A DNA stretch of 64,000 nucleotides from positions 11,267,655 through 11,331,654 of the forward strand of contig CAJINV010000004.1 of assembly GCA_905178155.1 (NCBI GenBank), written 5' to 3'. The DNA comes from Amoebophrya sp. A120 (taxonomy: Eukaryota > Protista > Dinoflagellata). Of this stretch, positions 24,893 to 36,900 are shown piece after piece. The position numbers and the translations under genes were made by a program. Below the pieces are notes generated by a model, which saw only the letters and a list, made by a program, of their open reading frames with translations, was not told where the DNA came from and did no database searches. The first letter of the stretch is position 1; every line of letters starts with the position of its first letter.

Positions 24893-27700
24893 TCAGACCA
24901 CTACTCTCGTCGAATCGCCGGCACCGTCTACTTGTTCCGGAAGGTTTTCATTCTCCAGCACCTCTCGCATTTTCTTGGCACTTCGCTCGTCAAGCGCGGC
25001 GTCCTTCGCTTTTGTTGATGAAGCTGCGACCACGCCACGACCCCGTTCCGGCGCATGAAGAGTACCATCCGTGTACAGCGAGATGTTGACTTCATCCGTC
25101 GACAAGAACCGGGCTTCTGGCCGTGCGGAATCTTCTGAAGGTTCGTCTGATGTACCGGATTTCAACATCCGCGTTGAAGATTTGTTCATCTCCAGAAAAG
25201 ATTGGATTTCCTCCTCCGGTGGGATGGGCACCGTGGCCCACCACCAGTGCAGCGACTCCCCCAGAGGCTCGGCTGTCCGGCGGTACTCGCGCAGGTCCCC
25301 GTGCACCACCGGGGGTCTCTCACCGATGGCGCTAGTACCATCCAGCGGTCTGGCGACTTCTGCGTTCTCGCCGCTGCAGCACGAAGAAGACGCGTTTTCG
25401 TCTCCCTCCTGCTCAGGGACAAGCACGGTGTGGTCGTCGGTGCTGTTGAACGCCACTACTTCTTCCCCTTGCTCCTCCTTATGCGACGTTGGGACACTGG
25501 GGGGCGGACCTTCCTGCTGTCGCAACGACGGGAGCATGGGGTTGAAGGACTGCAGAGGGGTGTTGTGATCCCCGATGGGCGTGCAGGTGTAGTCGGATTC
25601 AGGGCCCTGCGGGTTGCAGGACAGGAGGCACCGCCCCCCCTCTTGTTCGTTCTTTTCGAAGCACTTTCGGTTATCGTCGCAGCACGGGTAGGCCGTCACC
25701 TCTGCCTTGATTTTGCAGTCCTCCACATTCGTGGCGCAGCTGTGAATCATGGGCGTGGTTGTTGTGGGATCGCCTTGCCCGGGGTCTGCAGTTGTGCTGG
25801 AGCTGGGCACTGGGGCTGGTGTTGTGCTGGGTGGGGTCGGAGTTGTGCTGGAGCTGGGCACTGGGGCCGGTGTTGTGCTGGGTGGGGTCGGAGTTGTGCT
25901 GGGCACGGGGGCGGGCTGCGGTTGGGGCTGCGGTTGTGGCTGCGGTTGTGGCTGAGGTTGGGGGTGCGGCGGCCAAAACCAGAGGTTCTGGTTACAGTGC
26001 CAGTCCGAGTAATGGCAGCTGACGAGGCAACTCGCCCAGCCGTCCTTTTTCGCGTAGCACTTGCGGTCCCCATCGCAACAGTTGCGGGCTTGGTAGTTAT
26101 AACCACATCGCTCATGACCTAACCGGCATTCGCCCCAGTGGTTCCAGCCTCCGCGTAGGGTGGCGAATGTAAGTGCCTTCACCTCGGAGGTTTCTGAATG
26201 CAGCGACTCCGATGCTGTTGAAGCGAAGGAGGTTTGCTGTGTGTCCTGGACTCCTTCTCGAGCAGGGGATGTAGTAACCAAAGTTCTTTGCTCCTCCTGC
26301 TCCGCCGCGTTGATGTCCTGAGCTGCAAGAAAGATGCTGCTAGAAGTGGGAAGCGGTAGGGTTGCGTTGGCGAAGTCCAACATGCTGCTCGATTTGTCTT
26401 CGGTATTAACCGCTCGGTCGTCATGTCCTCTAGTACTAGTGCTGAGCGAGCTGGCTGCTCCCTGCGTTGATCTCCTGCCCTTTGTTTCTAAAAGGAGCAG
26501 CTGCTTATCTCCTCCACTGACTTCCGTTTTTGCCCCTTTCTTCTCAACCTTGTCCCATGCTAGATGGTTATCAATGCCGTGTAGCACAGAAGGTTGTTCC
26601 TCCTCCTGCAGCAAAGTGCCACGCGACCCCGCTTTAGGCATTGTTCTTCCTGTCTCCAAAAAGGAGTGACCCGCGGTGTTCGTCCCGCTTGATCCAGTAT
26701 CTTGTTCGGGCGACACTGGCAAAGCAGTGTCGGCGAGCGGCCGGGCGGCGACCCTTTTCTCGATATCGCTGCAGCACCCACCAGGCTGTTCGCCGTCCCC
26801 GCCGCCTCCGACCTCTCCTGGGATCGGCGGGGGCTGAGCCGAGCCGGTGCCGGAGCCATCCCCGCCCTCTTGAGAGCCGTCCTCGTGGTGCTGTTCTTGT
26901 CCTCCCGTATTGTCGGAGCCGCCCGACCTGCCAAGACCAGCCACCTGCATTTTTTCTGGATCACCTCCGCCACTGAATTCAGGCTGCTCAGTCGTCGGTG
27001 GCGCCGTGCTCGTCTGCGAGTTGCTCGGCGGGACGGTGTTCGACGAGAGCGGGGCAGCACATTCAAATTTGCTGCTGTCGCACACCCCCTGCTCTCCCGC
27101 CACGCCCGAATCTGGCCGAATCAGGCACCAGGCGGTGTTTGAAAGCTTGTCCGGATAGCACGCCCGATCCGCGTCGCAGCAGTTCGGAGTGTCCGCGCAG
27201 CTGTGCCCCCAGCCACTGCAGGGGTTCCCGTGCGCGTCGGTCCCGGCCTCCGCGCCTTTTTTGCCTCTCGAACGACTTGCGGAGGTCAGGCTCGAAAGAT
27301 GTTGTTCTGCTGCAGTGGTGGCTCGACGTCCTGTTGCTGCTGTTGCGTGAGCAGTTCCCCGTCTTTGAGCGTTAGTAGTAGTCTCTCGCCGTCCACGCCG
27401 TTCCAGAACTCCTGCTTTATTCTCGATCTGCAAGGAAGAACTCGCCGCGGGTTCTTGTGGCTCTGGCGCTCTGGCTTTGTTTCTCGCTGGGGGAACAGCT
27501 TGTTTGGTCAGACGCAAACTTGTAGCTGCGCCACTGCTAGCATTGTTGGTCCTAGTCTTCACTGGTGGTGCGGTTGTACTTCTGCCCGGAGTTACACTGA
27601 TCGGCCCGGAGAGAAACGCCATTAGCGCTAGGGCGCCTGTTCGTCCTGACGATGAAAGCGGTGGCTGTTGCGCCGTTGATGTCATCAACATGGTGAACAT
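24893..27700 (-). CDS. Cys-rich modular protein, probably secreted (three CBM1-like C..C..CC..C..C..C..C modules, PQ/PT linkers)
   Basis: Intronless 935-aa ORF with a weak N-terminal hydrophobic stretch. Modules such as CGYNYQARNCCDGDRKCYAKKDGWASCLVSC. (PQ)n and STTPTPPSTTPAP linkers. Confidence 0.7.
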   Translation of the reverse strand: MFTMLMTSTAQQPPLSSSGRTGALALMAFLSGPISVTPGRSTTAPPVKTRTNNASSGAATSLRLTKQAVPPARNKARAPEPQEPAASSSLQIENKAGVLERRGRRETTTNAQRRGTAHATAATGRRATTAAEQHLSSLTSASRSRGKKGAEAGTDAHGNPCSGWGHSCADTPNCCDADRACYPDKLSNTAWCLIRPDSGVAGEQGVCDSSKFECAAPLSSNTVPPSNSQTSTAPPTTEQPEFSGGGDPEKMQVAGLGRSGGSDNTGGQEQHHEDGSQEGGDGSGTGSAQPPPIPGEVGGGGDGEQPGGCCSDIEKRVAARPLADTALPVSPEQDTGSSGTNTAGHSFLETGRTMPKAGSRGTLLQEEEQPSVLHGIDNHLAWDKVEKKGAKTEVSGGDKQLLLLETKGRRSTQGAASSLSTSTRGHDDRAVNTEDKSSSMLDFANATLPLPTSSSIFLAAQDINAAEQEEQRTLVTTSPAREGVQDTQQTSFASTASESLHSETSEVKALTFATLRGGWNHWGECRLGHERCGYNYQARNCCDGDRKCYAKKDGWASCLVSCHYSDWHCNQNLWFWPPHPQPQPQPQPQPQPQPQPAPVPSTTPTPPSTTPAPVPSSSTTPTPPSTTPAPVPSSSTTADPGQGDPTTTTPMIHSCATNVEDCKIKAEVTAYPCCDDNRKCFEKNEQEGGRCLLSCNPQGPESDYTCTPIGDHNTPLQSFNPMLPSLRQQEGPPPSVPTSHKEEQGEEVVAFNSTDDHTVLVPEQEGDENASSSCCSGENAEVARPLDGTSAIGERPPVVHGDLREYRRTAEPLGESLHWWWATVPIPPEEEIQSFLEMNKSSTRMLKSGTSDEPSEDSARPEARFLSTDEVNISLYTDGTLHAPERGRGVVAASSTKAKDAALDERSAKKMREVLENENLPEQVDGAGDSTRVVV
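25791..25965 (-). repeat. 51-bp coding tandem repeat plus (PQ)n repeat
   Basis: gttgtgctggagctgggcactgggg...gtcgga twice plus a partial copy, followed by a ggttgtggctgc array. Confidence 0.85.
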
Positions 27701-28854
27701 TGTCTTATATCGTGAAACCGAATAGAGAACGCGGGTGCGGGTTGTACTATGATGTAAGAGTAAAAGAACCCTGCTTGATGTCAGTCGTGGAGGATACGGT
27801 TGCAGCTAGGGAAGAAACATTTTTCCCTAGAAGGGCAGACAAATTTATGGGGGGAAAGGGGAGGCTATCTGTTTTGCTTTGTTTTTGTTGCGACGTTGGA
27901 CTCAAATGAATGTACAGCCAGGAGGATCAAGTTCAAACGGACGAAGCAACGTGTGCAACATTACGTACGAAACGAGTTTTACGAAAACGGGAAGTAGCGG
28001 TCTGTACGAAACGGGTTACGAAAATGGACGCGACAGGGAGCGCTGCAACGAGAGAAAAAGCAGAGCGACAACGAGTTGACACATGTCCACACGATAATTG
28101 TGGTGTCATCAATGTCCTCTTACAGCCTTCCAGAATTATCTGACAGACGACACCCAATGATAACGATTCTGATTTAAATCAGTCCGCACAAATGTTGTGC
28201 GACGCACTTGCGCCGGATATGAAAACCGTCAAAGCCCCGCGGAAGTTTGGTTTCGGTTTAGATAGAAAAAGATGTAAAGGCTCGGTGAAGAACACGGAGC
28301 TGCGCGGACATCACATATATTTCCACTACATCCACCTCCGGGAAAATAATCAAGCATGATTGGGTTCTTGTTCAGTCAAAAGCTGCAAAAGCGCGCCATG
28401 TGACAAAGAAGAGCTCAGATTTGTTGATTTCTCGTGTGACATCCGCCGTATAGCTTGAAGCTCAATTTCGAACCTCCACGCCAACGTGGCACAATCACAT
28501 GCTTTTATGTTCAGTTCAGCCAGTTTTTACACAGCCCTTGCATCTCCGTATCTATAATTACTTCGAATTCCTCATGCTAAAAATATTGATTTCGATTTCG
28601 GTTTGAGTATTTCAAAATGCCATAAAAACCTCGTTTCTTTAAAAAAGTTTCCTTCAAGTCGTCTACTAGCTACGATGGCCGTGGTCGTGGGAGGTGTAGC
28701 TGCCAACATGTTCTTGCCATCATGAACTTTGCTTTTACATTTTGTGTAAATGATGTTCTTCTTGGTCCCTCTTGATCGCTGCAAGTGAATTAGCCACGCC
28801 CCCTTTATTTGCAACTACCTGTTCATCGTGGTGCTCGGAGTGCTCCTCGTGGTC

Positions 28855-29095
28855 TATGGCGCTCTCAAACGTTACATCCTCAACATGACTTGTCATGTGA
28901 AGTCACTATCTGGCATCACACTGCACACGGTCAGGCTTCTTCGCATGACAAGTTCCCGACGCGCTCAATAGCATTAAAATCCGCCCCAATTTTCTGTCAT
29001 GCAAGACGCGCATCAAGGTCGCCCATTTCACTTTGGCGCTTCTTGCGTCACAAATTCATGAAACAGTTGAAAAAGTAACGTTTGAGAACGCCATA
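28855..29095. mobile_element. Introner/MITE family F copy F2 (TIR TATGGCG.TCTCAAACGTTAC)
   Basis: About 21-bp TIR, perfect TSD tggtc, internal gcatgac/gtcatgc motifs. Host gene unclear. Confidence 0.9.
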
Positions 29096-30182
29096 TGGTC
29101 CTGCCCGTCGTTGCGGTCTGCACGACCTGTCTTAGTCACGACCCTACCTAGCCGCCACAAGAGGACGGTCGGCACTTCTGCCCTCATACGTGGGAATCTT
29201 CTTCATGAAGGTACTTTTGTAATTGGTGTTCTTATCTGTTTTTCCGAAACTACTACAGGCCTCGCCCGAACGCTTTCTCAGCCCCTTGTCTGATAAAAGC
29301 AGCAAGCTCCGTGGATGTGGATGGCGGCACACAAGTTGCAGTAGAAGCTCGGTACTTATGATAAAGTATTTGAGTTGTGGTTGAGGAAAACAATTTCTAC
29401 AACAGGGCCATCGGCTTGGGCTTCACTTCCGGTAATATTATCCCTGCCTCATTCAAGTCAGTTTTCTGACGGCCCTAGAAGAAGTTCGCTGTGACACGAC
29501 AGACTGACCTTCAGGGAGCACTCGTCATGATGAAGATGAAGAATGAAAATAATGCATCGTGAGAAGATGTAAAGAAAGAATGCCGTGGTGGCGCACAACT
29601 GTGCTGACGGTGCCGGGATAAATGTTGAAGGACTTTTGGTGTGGAGTTCTTCTCGAGGTCAAGGGCTGCTAATTTTACTGCAAAATACGGAAAAAATCAG
29701 GCTGCTGGTATCACTATCATTGGTAAATGGTAATGGTGAAAAATTTGTACGGGCCTCGTGGAGGGTATATTGCTCTACTCCACCTGAAGAAACTGTGTGT
29801 AATGATATAGAATAAAGTGAAGATGTGCACTCGAGGCCACGCACTGCATAAACCCGCAAAAATGAATCTCAAGCGGCATAGCTGTAACTAAGTACTAGGC
29901 ACGGCGCGGCGACGCAGCGACGGCTGCGTCGTGATATTTCCTTACCCAATGCCTCGTCTGTTTAGTTGTGCTAATTCGCTTTATCCTTCCATGGCAGGAG
30001 CTAAAAGCGTAGGATGAGAGAAACGCGCCTCAAGAAACATCAAAGCTTGCCTGTCCTCCTCGGGTCTATGTTTCCTAATTGTGAAGTCCGATGTCGTGGG
30101 ACCGACGTGCATTCGTCATCCTTCGACGGTCCCCTGTGATGGCATGCTGTGATTCATCATCCTTGCCATGAATCCTCTTGCA

Positions 30183-31900
30183 GCATTAGAGCTTTCAGAA
30201 ATTAGTTCCCGGAGCAGTTCCTAAAAGCTTCGGTTTTCAAAAATTTTGAAGCAGGTGCGCAGGATCTGCGTTTCGACCGATAGTCCCGGTCTGACTACAC
30301 GTCCTACGCACGCGACTTACAGAAATCAGCTCCCAGGATTTCCGAGTTTTTTCTACATCCCCTCATTTGGACACGCGGATCGAACTTCCACGAGCAAAGC
30401 GCCAAAGTTCGGCACTTTGTGTGTGAAAGTTCTCTGGCAGCTGCGCGAGCTTTCTTCCGTAAGAGCACATCAGAACTCGCGCGCCTACAGCTTCAGCTTT
30501 CGTGCCTCAAAAAAATGCACTCCTGGGACTTGCGTGTTGCGTCTCCAGTCGCCACACTTGGACACACTGATGATCCTCGTGTCCAAGTGAGGCGATTGGA
30601 GACGCAGCACGCAAATCCTGGGAACTAATTTCTGTAAGTCACCTGCATAAGATTTGTGCCCAGATCGGTATTACCGGTGAGAAGACAAATCTTACGCAGG
30701 TAGCTTTCAGAAATTATTTCCAGGATCTTCGCTGCGTCAAGAATTTCGTGATGCGGCGGAAATCCTGAGAGCTAATATCTGTAACTCACCTGCGTAGGTT
30801 TTGTGCTCCAATAGGTATTGCCGATCGGACCACAAATCTTACGCAGGTGACTTGCAGCAATTTGTTCCCAAGGATTTTCGCCACATCAAATACTACCTCC
30901 TGGGGTGGCAGCGCACATCCGAGAAGTTCTCGAATGTGAGCGGACACACGAGGAGTTCTTAGATGTGAGTCTACGTCCGGGAATTCCTCGGATGTGAAGC
31001 CCCATCCGAGAAGTTCTCGGATGTGGGGTCCTGAGACCTAATTTCTGTAGGCTGCCTCCGTAAGATTTGTGCCCTGGCCAGCAAAACCGCTCTCTCTGAG
31101 CACCAATTTTATTCAGGTGACTCACAGAAATTAGCTCCCAGGGTTTGCGTGTTGCGTCTACATACACCTCGCTTGGACACGCGGATCGAACTGTCACGCG
31201 CAAGGCAACAAAGTTCGCAAGTACAGCCGAAGTGGCACGGCAGCTTTATTTCTGGCACCCCCCCAAGTGTTGCGTGCCTATCACAGGAGTCCTGTGATGG
31301 GCACACAATGTCAGAAAACCAGAAACGAAATCGCTACGCCGGTTCGGCTAAACTTGCGAATCGCCGCGCTCTGCGTGTGAAAGTTTGAACCGCGACTCCA
31401 AGTGAGGCAATTGGAGGCGCAACACACAAATCCAAAGAGCGCACTGCTGTAAGTCTGTCGCGTAAGATTATGCTGCGCAGTTCTTCTGACCTTCTAACTC
31501 TTGGATGCGCGCTCACATGTGAGGAGTTCTCGGATGTGAGCTCGCATCTGAGGAATTCTCGGATTTGAGTTCGATATCAACAAATCTTAGGAGCACACTT
31601 CTGCAGGCCAGAGCACGAGAGTGCTATCCGAGTTTGTGTTCTGACCTTGAAACACAGAAAAACCCGCACAACATCATCTTAGGCGGGGGCTTTGCAGAAC
31701 TATGATCCCAGGTCTCGACGCGGCGAAAATCCTAGGGGCGCACTTCTTTATCTCCCCGACGTCGGATGATTTTGCGCGAGGTCTTCAGACCTGTCGCCGG
31801 CCAGAGCACAAATCCGACGTGGGGCTGGGGACCTTGCCGAAATGTGCTCCCAGGATTTCCGGCAAACCTTGGGAACGCATTTCCGAAAGGCTAGAGTGTG
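30183..31900. repeat. Degenerate fold-back satellite: about 110-bp hairpin modules and 29-bp palindromes
   Basis: Modules atcctgggaactaatttctg...cagaaattatttccaggat at about 30613, 30761 and 31029. Palindromes cacatccgagaagttctcggatgtg at 30911-31028 and 31511-31570. Confidence 0.75.
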
Positions 31901-32446
31901 GCAGCTGCTGGGCGACCCCTTATATTGAAGGCGCGTTGCTTTTAACGACCTGGCGCTGAACACGAATTGCTTGCAATTTACTAGCACAACAAACAAAATG
32001 CTTTCTATGCCAAGGCATTGCAAGTAATTCGCTTCCAATAGAAGGGCACTTCAAAGCAACTCGCTTTCAACGAGCAGGAGTGCATTTGGCCAAGCGCCGC
32101 ACCGAAGCCTGGATCATGTCGAGCCCATTCTGCCGGACCGTTTCGAGCTGCGCGCCAACCCTCCCAGGTGGATGCGATTTGCTCAGCTTCCGGCAGTGCA
32201 AGTTGAAAGCTTGTTTTGGGCTCATAAAGATCAATTTGTAGTGCGGACCTGCGTCACCGCCGCGTCACGTTTTTGACATGGTAGAAGTGCTGCCGTGCCC
32301 ACTGCATCACGCAGGTAGATGCCCAGAAATGAGGCTCTTTTTGGGTGCTCTGGTTACCGCCCAGTCGTTGATGATGAAATCTGCCCACCATCTCGTGGCC
32401 ACCATCGTCACCGGGCTCTGACCTGAGAAATTACGGGAAATAGGAT

Positions 32447-32610
32447 GGCGCGCGGACTATAAAAGTGACCAAAAAGCGTCGTTGTTATCGGTTTCGGCCA
32501 GGGCCTCCGAAATCTGGCCAACTTGGCCAGCAAAAACGGCCATTGTTCCGAAGCCTCCGAGCAAACCGATAACAAGCACTCTTTTTGGTCACTTTTATAG
32601 TCCGCGTGCC
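32447..32610. repeat. About 165-bp hairpin / MITE-like inverted repeat
   Basis: ggcgcgcggactataaaagtgaccaaaaag...gttatcggttt versus aaaccgataac...ctttttggtcacttttatagtccgcgtgcc. Confidence 0.8.
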
Positions 32611-33021
32611 GCCGTGCTACGTGTCTGTTATCGGTTTCGGCTTCCGGACATGCTTCCAAGCACTCGCAGCCACACTGTTTTGTTGGCGCAGTTGGCAAGA
32701 CAGTATCCAGATCGGACGTGGAGTCTGGCCTGGGATGACTGCGCGACACCGAACCTGGAACAACACCACCTCGAGATCCGCCGCGTCAAGTCTGCCGTCT
32801 GCTGCCCCAGGAGAGTGACCAAATCCAAATGCACACAACGAAATCAAAATAATCACTACCGAAGATAGCTACCTCACTACCTAACTTTAAAAAAATTATC
32901 GCTTTCGTTTCAAATTCTTAATTCGATAACGATAACAGATTTTTGCTCGATAGCCTATCATGCTGTGATTCGTCATCCTTGCCATGAATCCTCTTGCAAG
33001 AACAGGCTCAGTTTGATTCTC

Positions 33022-33959
33022 GGGCTGGGTCAAGCAGGCCGCGCCTAGCTTCCATAGCGGGGAGCGGCCCACTCCACCTGGGGCTGGGTCAAGCAGGCCG
33101 CGCCTAGCTTCCATAGCGGGGAGCGGCCCACTCCACCACTAACACGTCTGTCCGGACGAACCGGCACGACGTGAGCGGCCACTTGGGTGGGAGGGGGGGA
33201 AAACGATGTGAATCCATCACAAAGCAAACTATCCAGCGAGACCTGCGGACTACGTCCGCGTCGGTGTAACCAATGACACAAAAACCCGAGCCCCCACCTG
33301 GGGAAAAAACTGATACCCGTTCCCGGGGTACCGAGGCCATACTCAAAGGAGCATGCGCTCTAGGCAAAAACCCAACTTCCCGCCCGGTTAACCAAACCTA
33401 AAAATAGCCTCGCACCTCCAACGTGCCCCCAACCTCTGTCTGGGTGGGAAAATAGCAAGCGATCCAAAACAATCCCAGCCACTGCAGGCACGGCAAACTC
33501 AATCCGAACACCACCAAGCAGAACGTCGCTGCTGAAAAACTCACTGCCGCTGACGACCATCGACGTCAGTACTACTTTTACGGCGAAGGGCCGACCGTGC
33601 GCGAGGCTGCAAAAATTCATTCCGGAAGGCAAGGAAAGAAGTCCGAGTAGCGTCTGAAAAATACTGCTGTCGACCCAAAGCGACCCAGGCTAACCTCGCT
33701 AGGAACCCGAAACCCCTCGTAGGAAAATCCAAAACTCAGAGCCAGACGCGAGCAACCAAAAGCGACGACTTTGCACGCGCCAGGCGTGACTCCTACCCCT
33801 GTCACGAGAGAAAAGGAAACCCGCCCCACGATGGGAACAGAGGGCGAACGAAGGAGACACCGAACCACCAGCCCCAGCCTGGGAACAAGTTCGCAAGGGT
33901 AACGGATTGGGTACCGCCAGTGCCAAACGACTCCTGTTCCCAAAGCAAGGCGAGACCGT
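33022..33959. mobile_element. 938-bp insertion between 69-bp direct repeats, starting with a tandem duplication of 59-bp period
   Basis: Direct repeats at 32953-33021 and 33960-34028. Tandem unit at 33022-33078 and 33081-33137. Confidence 0.65.
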
Positions 33960-36900
33960 GCCTATCATGCTGCTGTGACTCGTCGTCCTTGCCATGAATC
34001 CTCTTGCAACAGGCTCAGTTTGATTCTCATTGGCTTCGTATTCAATTATCGCTTTCATACTCCAAGATCAAGTAAACCCAAACTCGAAGGTTCCTTGTTC
34101 CTAGCCTTTGTCTTGAGCCAACAGAGGCGGTAGCCGCATAAAAATACGCCGACACATCTATACTCTACTGGTCGCCTGACAAAGTGGCCAAGTGCAAATG
34201 CTGCATATTGTATGCACAGAAGCTGAAGCCCGAGTTCCTCTTAAGCCCGTGTTGAAGAAATAAATCGAAAAAATAATGCCTTTGAAACCGTCAATATGTA
34301 AAGCTGCTTTTTGCAGTGCCGCAACTCAACTACATTCGAAGGAACGTAGCCGCGCACGACCTCTTCCGCGTTCCTGCACCTGCTACGTCTGCTCCGTTTA
34401 TTTACAACAGCTAATAACAGGTTATTTCAACAATGTAGTTCCAGCCCCATGAATGCTGTAAAAATTAAATCGCTTGAAGGAGGTGCGAGTGAATCTGGCA
34501 AAAAGAAGAACAGGGGAGAGCAAATGCAATCTGCCATGGCGGAAATGGGTTTGAATTTGACTGTGGACCTCGGAGGAAAGCCAGAAAGTCTAGATCATGC
34601 AAAAATGGGAATGGATGCGGCTGTCTCATCTTGCATCCTGCCCCATGTGATTTTCCTGGATATCATCGATCTGCATGGACAAGTTCCGCGGCAACCTCGT
34701 CAACCTTCTTTTTCGAATATGTAAATCCGCAATACGAAATCACTCATGCCCAACCGCAGCTCTTTCTTTCCCCTGCTCTTCTTTGTCCAAACACAAATGT
34801 CATACGTAAACAAGAAGATGATCCTACTCCAATTTATTACGCAGCGAGCCCCCGGCGCAGGCCGCGACTGGCGAACAATGAAACGGGAACGACTGCTTCA
34901 AGCTCAGAATAGTAAATATCATATTCTGTCCGGTGTACAACCATGAATGAAAAATAGGAAAAAAGCTCTAACGAGTTGAAAAAAAAATTGTAGTCTTGAA
35001 AATTCGGCATATTAAATTGTATATACTGATACTGAAACATATTGACACGGGATATTACGCAAAATTCAAAAGATCGTTGCCTCTGAAACTGATTGTTCAC
35101 TGCCTCAATTTTCGCTTTTGCCTCCAAGCTGTCGCGAGTAATTTGGCTGGTGTACTTGTCACGTTTTTTTTTTCCGTTTCCATCTTCCTGATCAGGCAAT
35201 GGCGGTCGCACCCAGTCGCACCGGGCTGCTCGTTGACATACCTTTTGATTTAGACGTGTGGACTTTAGTTCACAGGTGATCAACCAAATATCAGAATGCT
35301 GTCCGATGAATTTTTGAAATTCCATTTTTTTTTTTAATCAATAAGAGCAAAATAAACCTTCCTCTCCCGGAGACCCGGTAGTGGACTTTGTTGCTGCGGG
35401 CTTTGGCGATGAGGCGGCACACCTGAATTTTCAATTTTTTTCTTTTCGACGTTTTGGTTTTCGAGATCCACTTCATAATCATGACCGTACCGATAAAGCT
35501 TTACGAACCGAGATATCAGCAGGTGCGGAGAGATCACCTCTCTTCACCGTTATCTGTAGCGGTCTAACTAAAAATACGATATCAAGCTCAGCGCTGCGCA
35601 GAAGGAGCGAAAGACGGGTTTTCAGGGTGATAAACAACAACAACTAATTCGACGCTAAGCTTTTATTTTGTCCAAAGTGTACTAAATGACAGAAGATGAA
35701 GGCCTACGCCAACAACTGGTGATTCAGGAATACAGCACGCGCACGAAAACAAATAGAAGCAGGAATAGAATTAGAAAGGTGTACAAAACAGTAAAGAAAC
35801 GTCACAGTGAAACACGAAAGTCAAATCAGGGAAACAGACGAGGCCAGAACAGTAGTATAGGTTAACAAGGGTTTAGAAGAAAACTAGAAATAATTGCCGC
35901 GGAGCAGCAGCAGGGTGATGCCGTTTTTCAGACTTGCAAGCAAGCGAAGCTCGGCCTGCAAAGGAGGGGCTTCCAAGTTGTATTAACGGTCGTGATATGA
36001 TGTTTCGTACATAGTACAAGGGAATTCGGAAGAACTTTTCTTCGAATTTTCAAAAACTTCTTCTTGTTCGACAACATGAAGAGTGCCAAGTAAAATTTCT
36101 TCTTGAAGATGTTGTACTGCAGATCGTGAGCTTGTTGCTGTATTGCTATGAATAAATGGTCCTATGAATGCCTTTTCCGTGTGCGGTCCATGGGAGCTCG
36201 TTTGTTCATCTTTTGCCTTGACATGGTTTCCCAGGAAGATGAGCAAAGCCAAGGGGCCTATGGATTATACCGCTTAATAATGTTCGCAGTTCGCTGTTTC
36301 TCGGAGTAGTACTACAACATGGCCCTTTTACACTGCACCCATTTCCTTCTTGTGCAGTTACCACAGATTTTGTTTTCCTTCCAAAGAGAGCCTGCTCCTA
36401 AACAAGAAGATGCCGGCCAATGTGGTCAAAGGTTTAACTTCTTCTGCTTTCATGAGTTCTGCACCCAACAAACAGCGTGTGGTCCGCCGTTGTGGATTAG
36501 GATTTACTATGTCGTGTGTGCCCAACTCGGGACGGTCAGAATCCATCCGATTCTTATTTATATTTTGCTTTTGCATGGGGGAAAAGGTGCGAATAATAAG
36601 AGGATAGATGAACCTGACAAAAACAGCATCTGCGATTCATATAACTAACAATCAGGGAGAGTGCTTTTACTTATCTATGCTCTGAGTGTGAAGCACTTAA
36701 AAGTAGTTTTTGACTCTTTCTGAGAACTGTAGTGCTTGCATTATGTGGGTGTGGCTTCCCCAGAAGCGTCGCGATTTCCTGATTTGGAGGGAATGACTCT
36801 TGCAGTGTGTAAGTAAAAGTATAGAAAAGTTGGAGTGCAAGCGGCAGGACTCGAATATTCACGGTTGTATTTATGAATGAAAAGCAGATGGTAGATTACG

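Noticed and set aside
30911-31028. 29-bp palindromic repeats as a CRISPR array
   Set aside because: Units abut without unique spacers, there are no cas genes, and the context is eukaryotic.
34112-34128. Dinoflagellate spliced-leader relic (minus strand gcctctgttggctcaag)
   Set aside because: Only the last 10 nt (TTGGCTCAAG) match exactly and no gene follows. Too weak to call.
34450-36650. Possible multi-exon gene from short minus-strand ORFs (34837-35537 and others)
   Set aside because: No recognisable domain or consistent exon chain.
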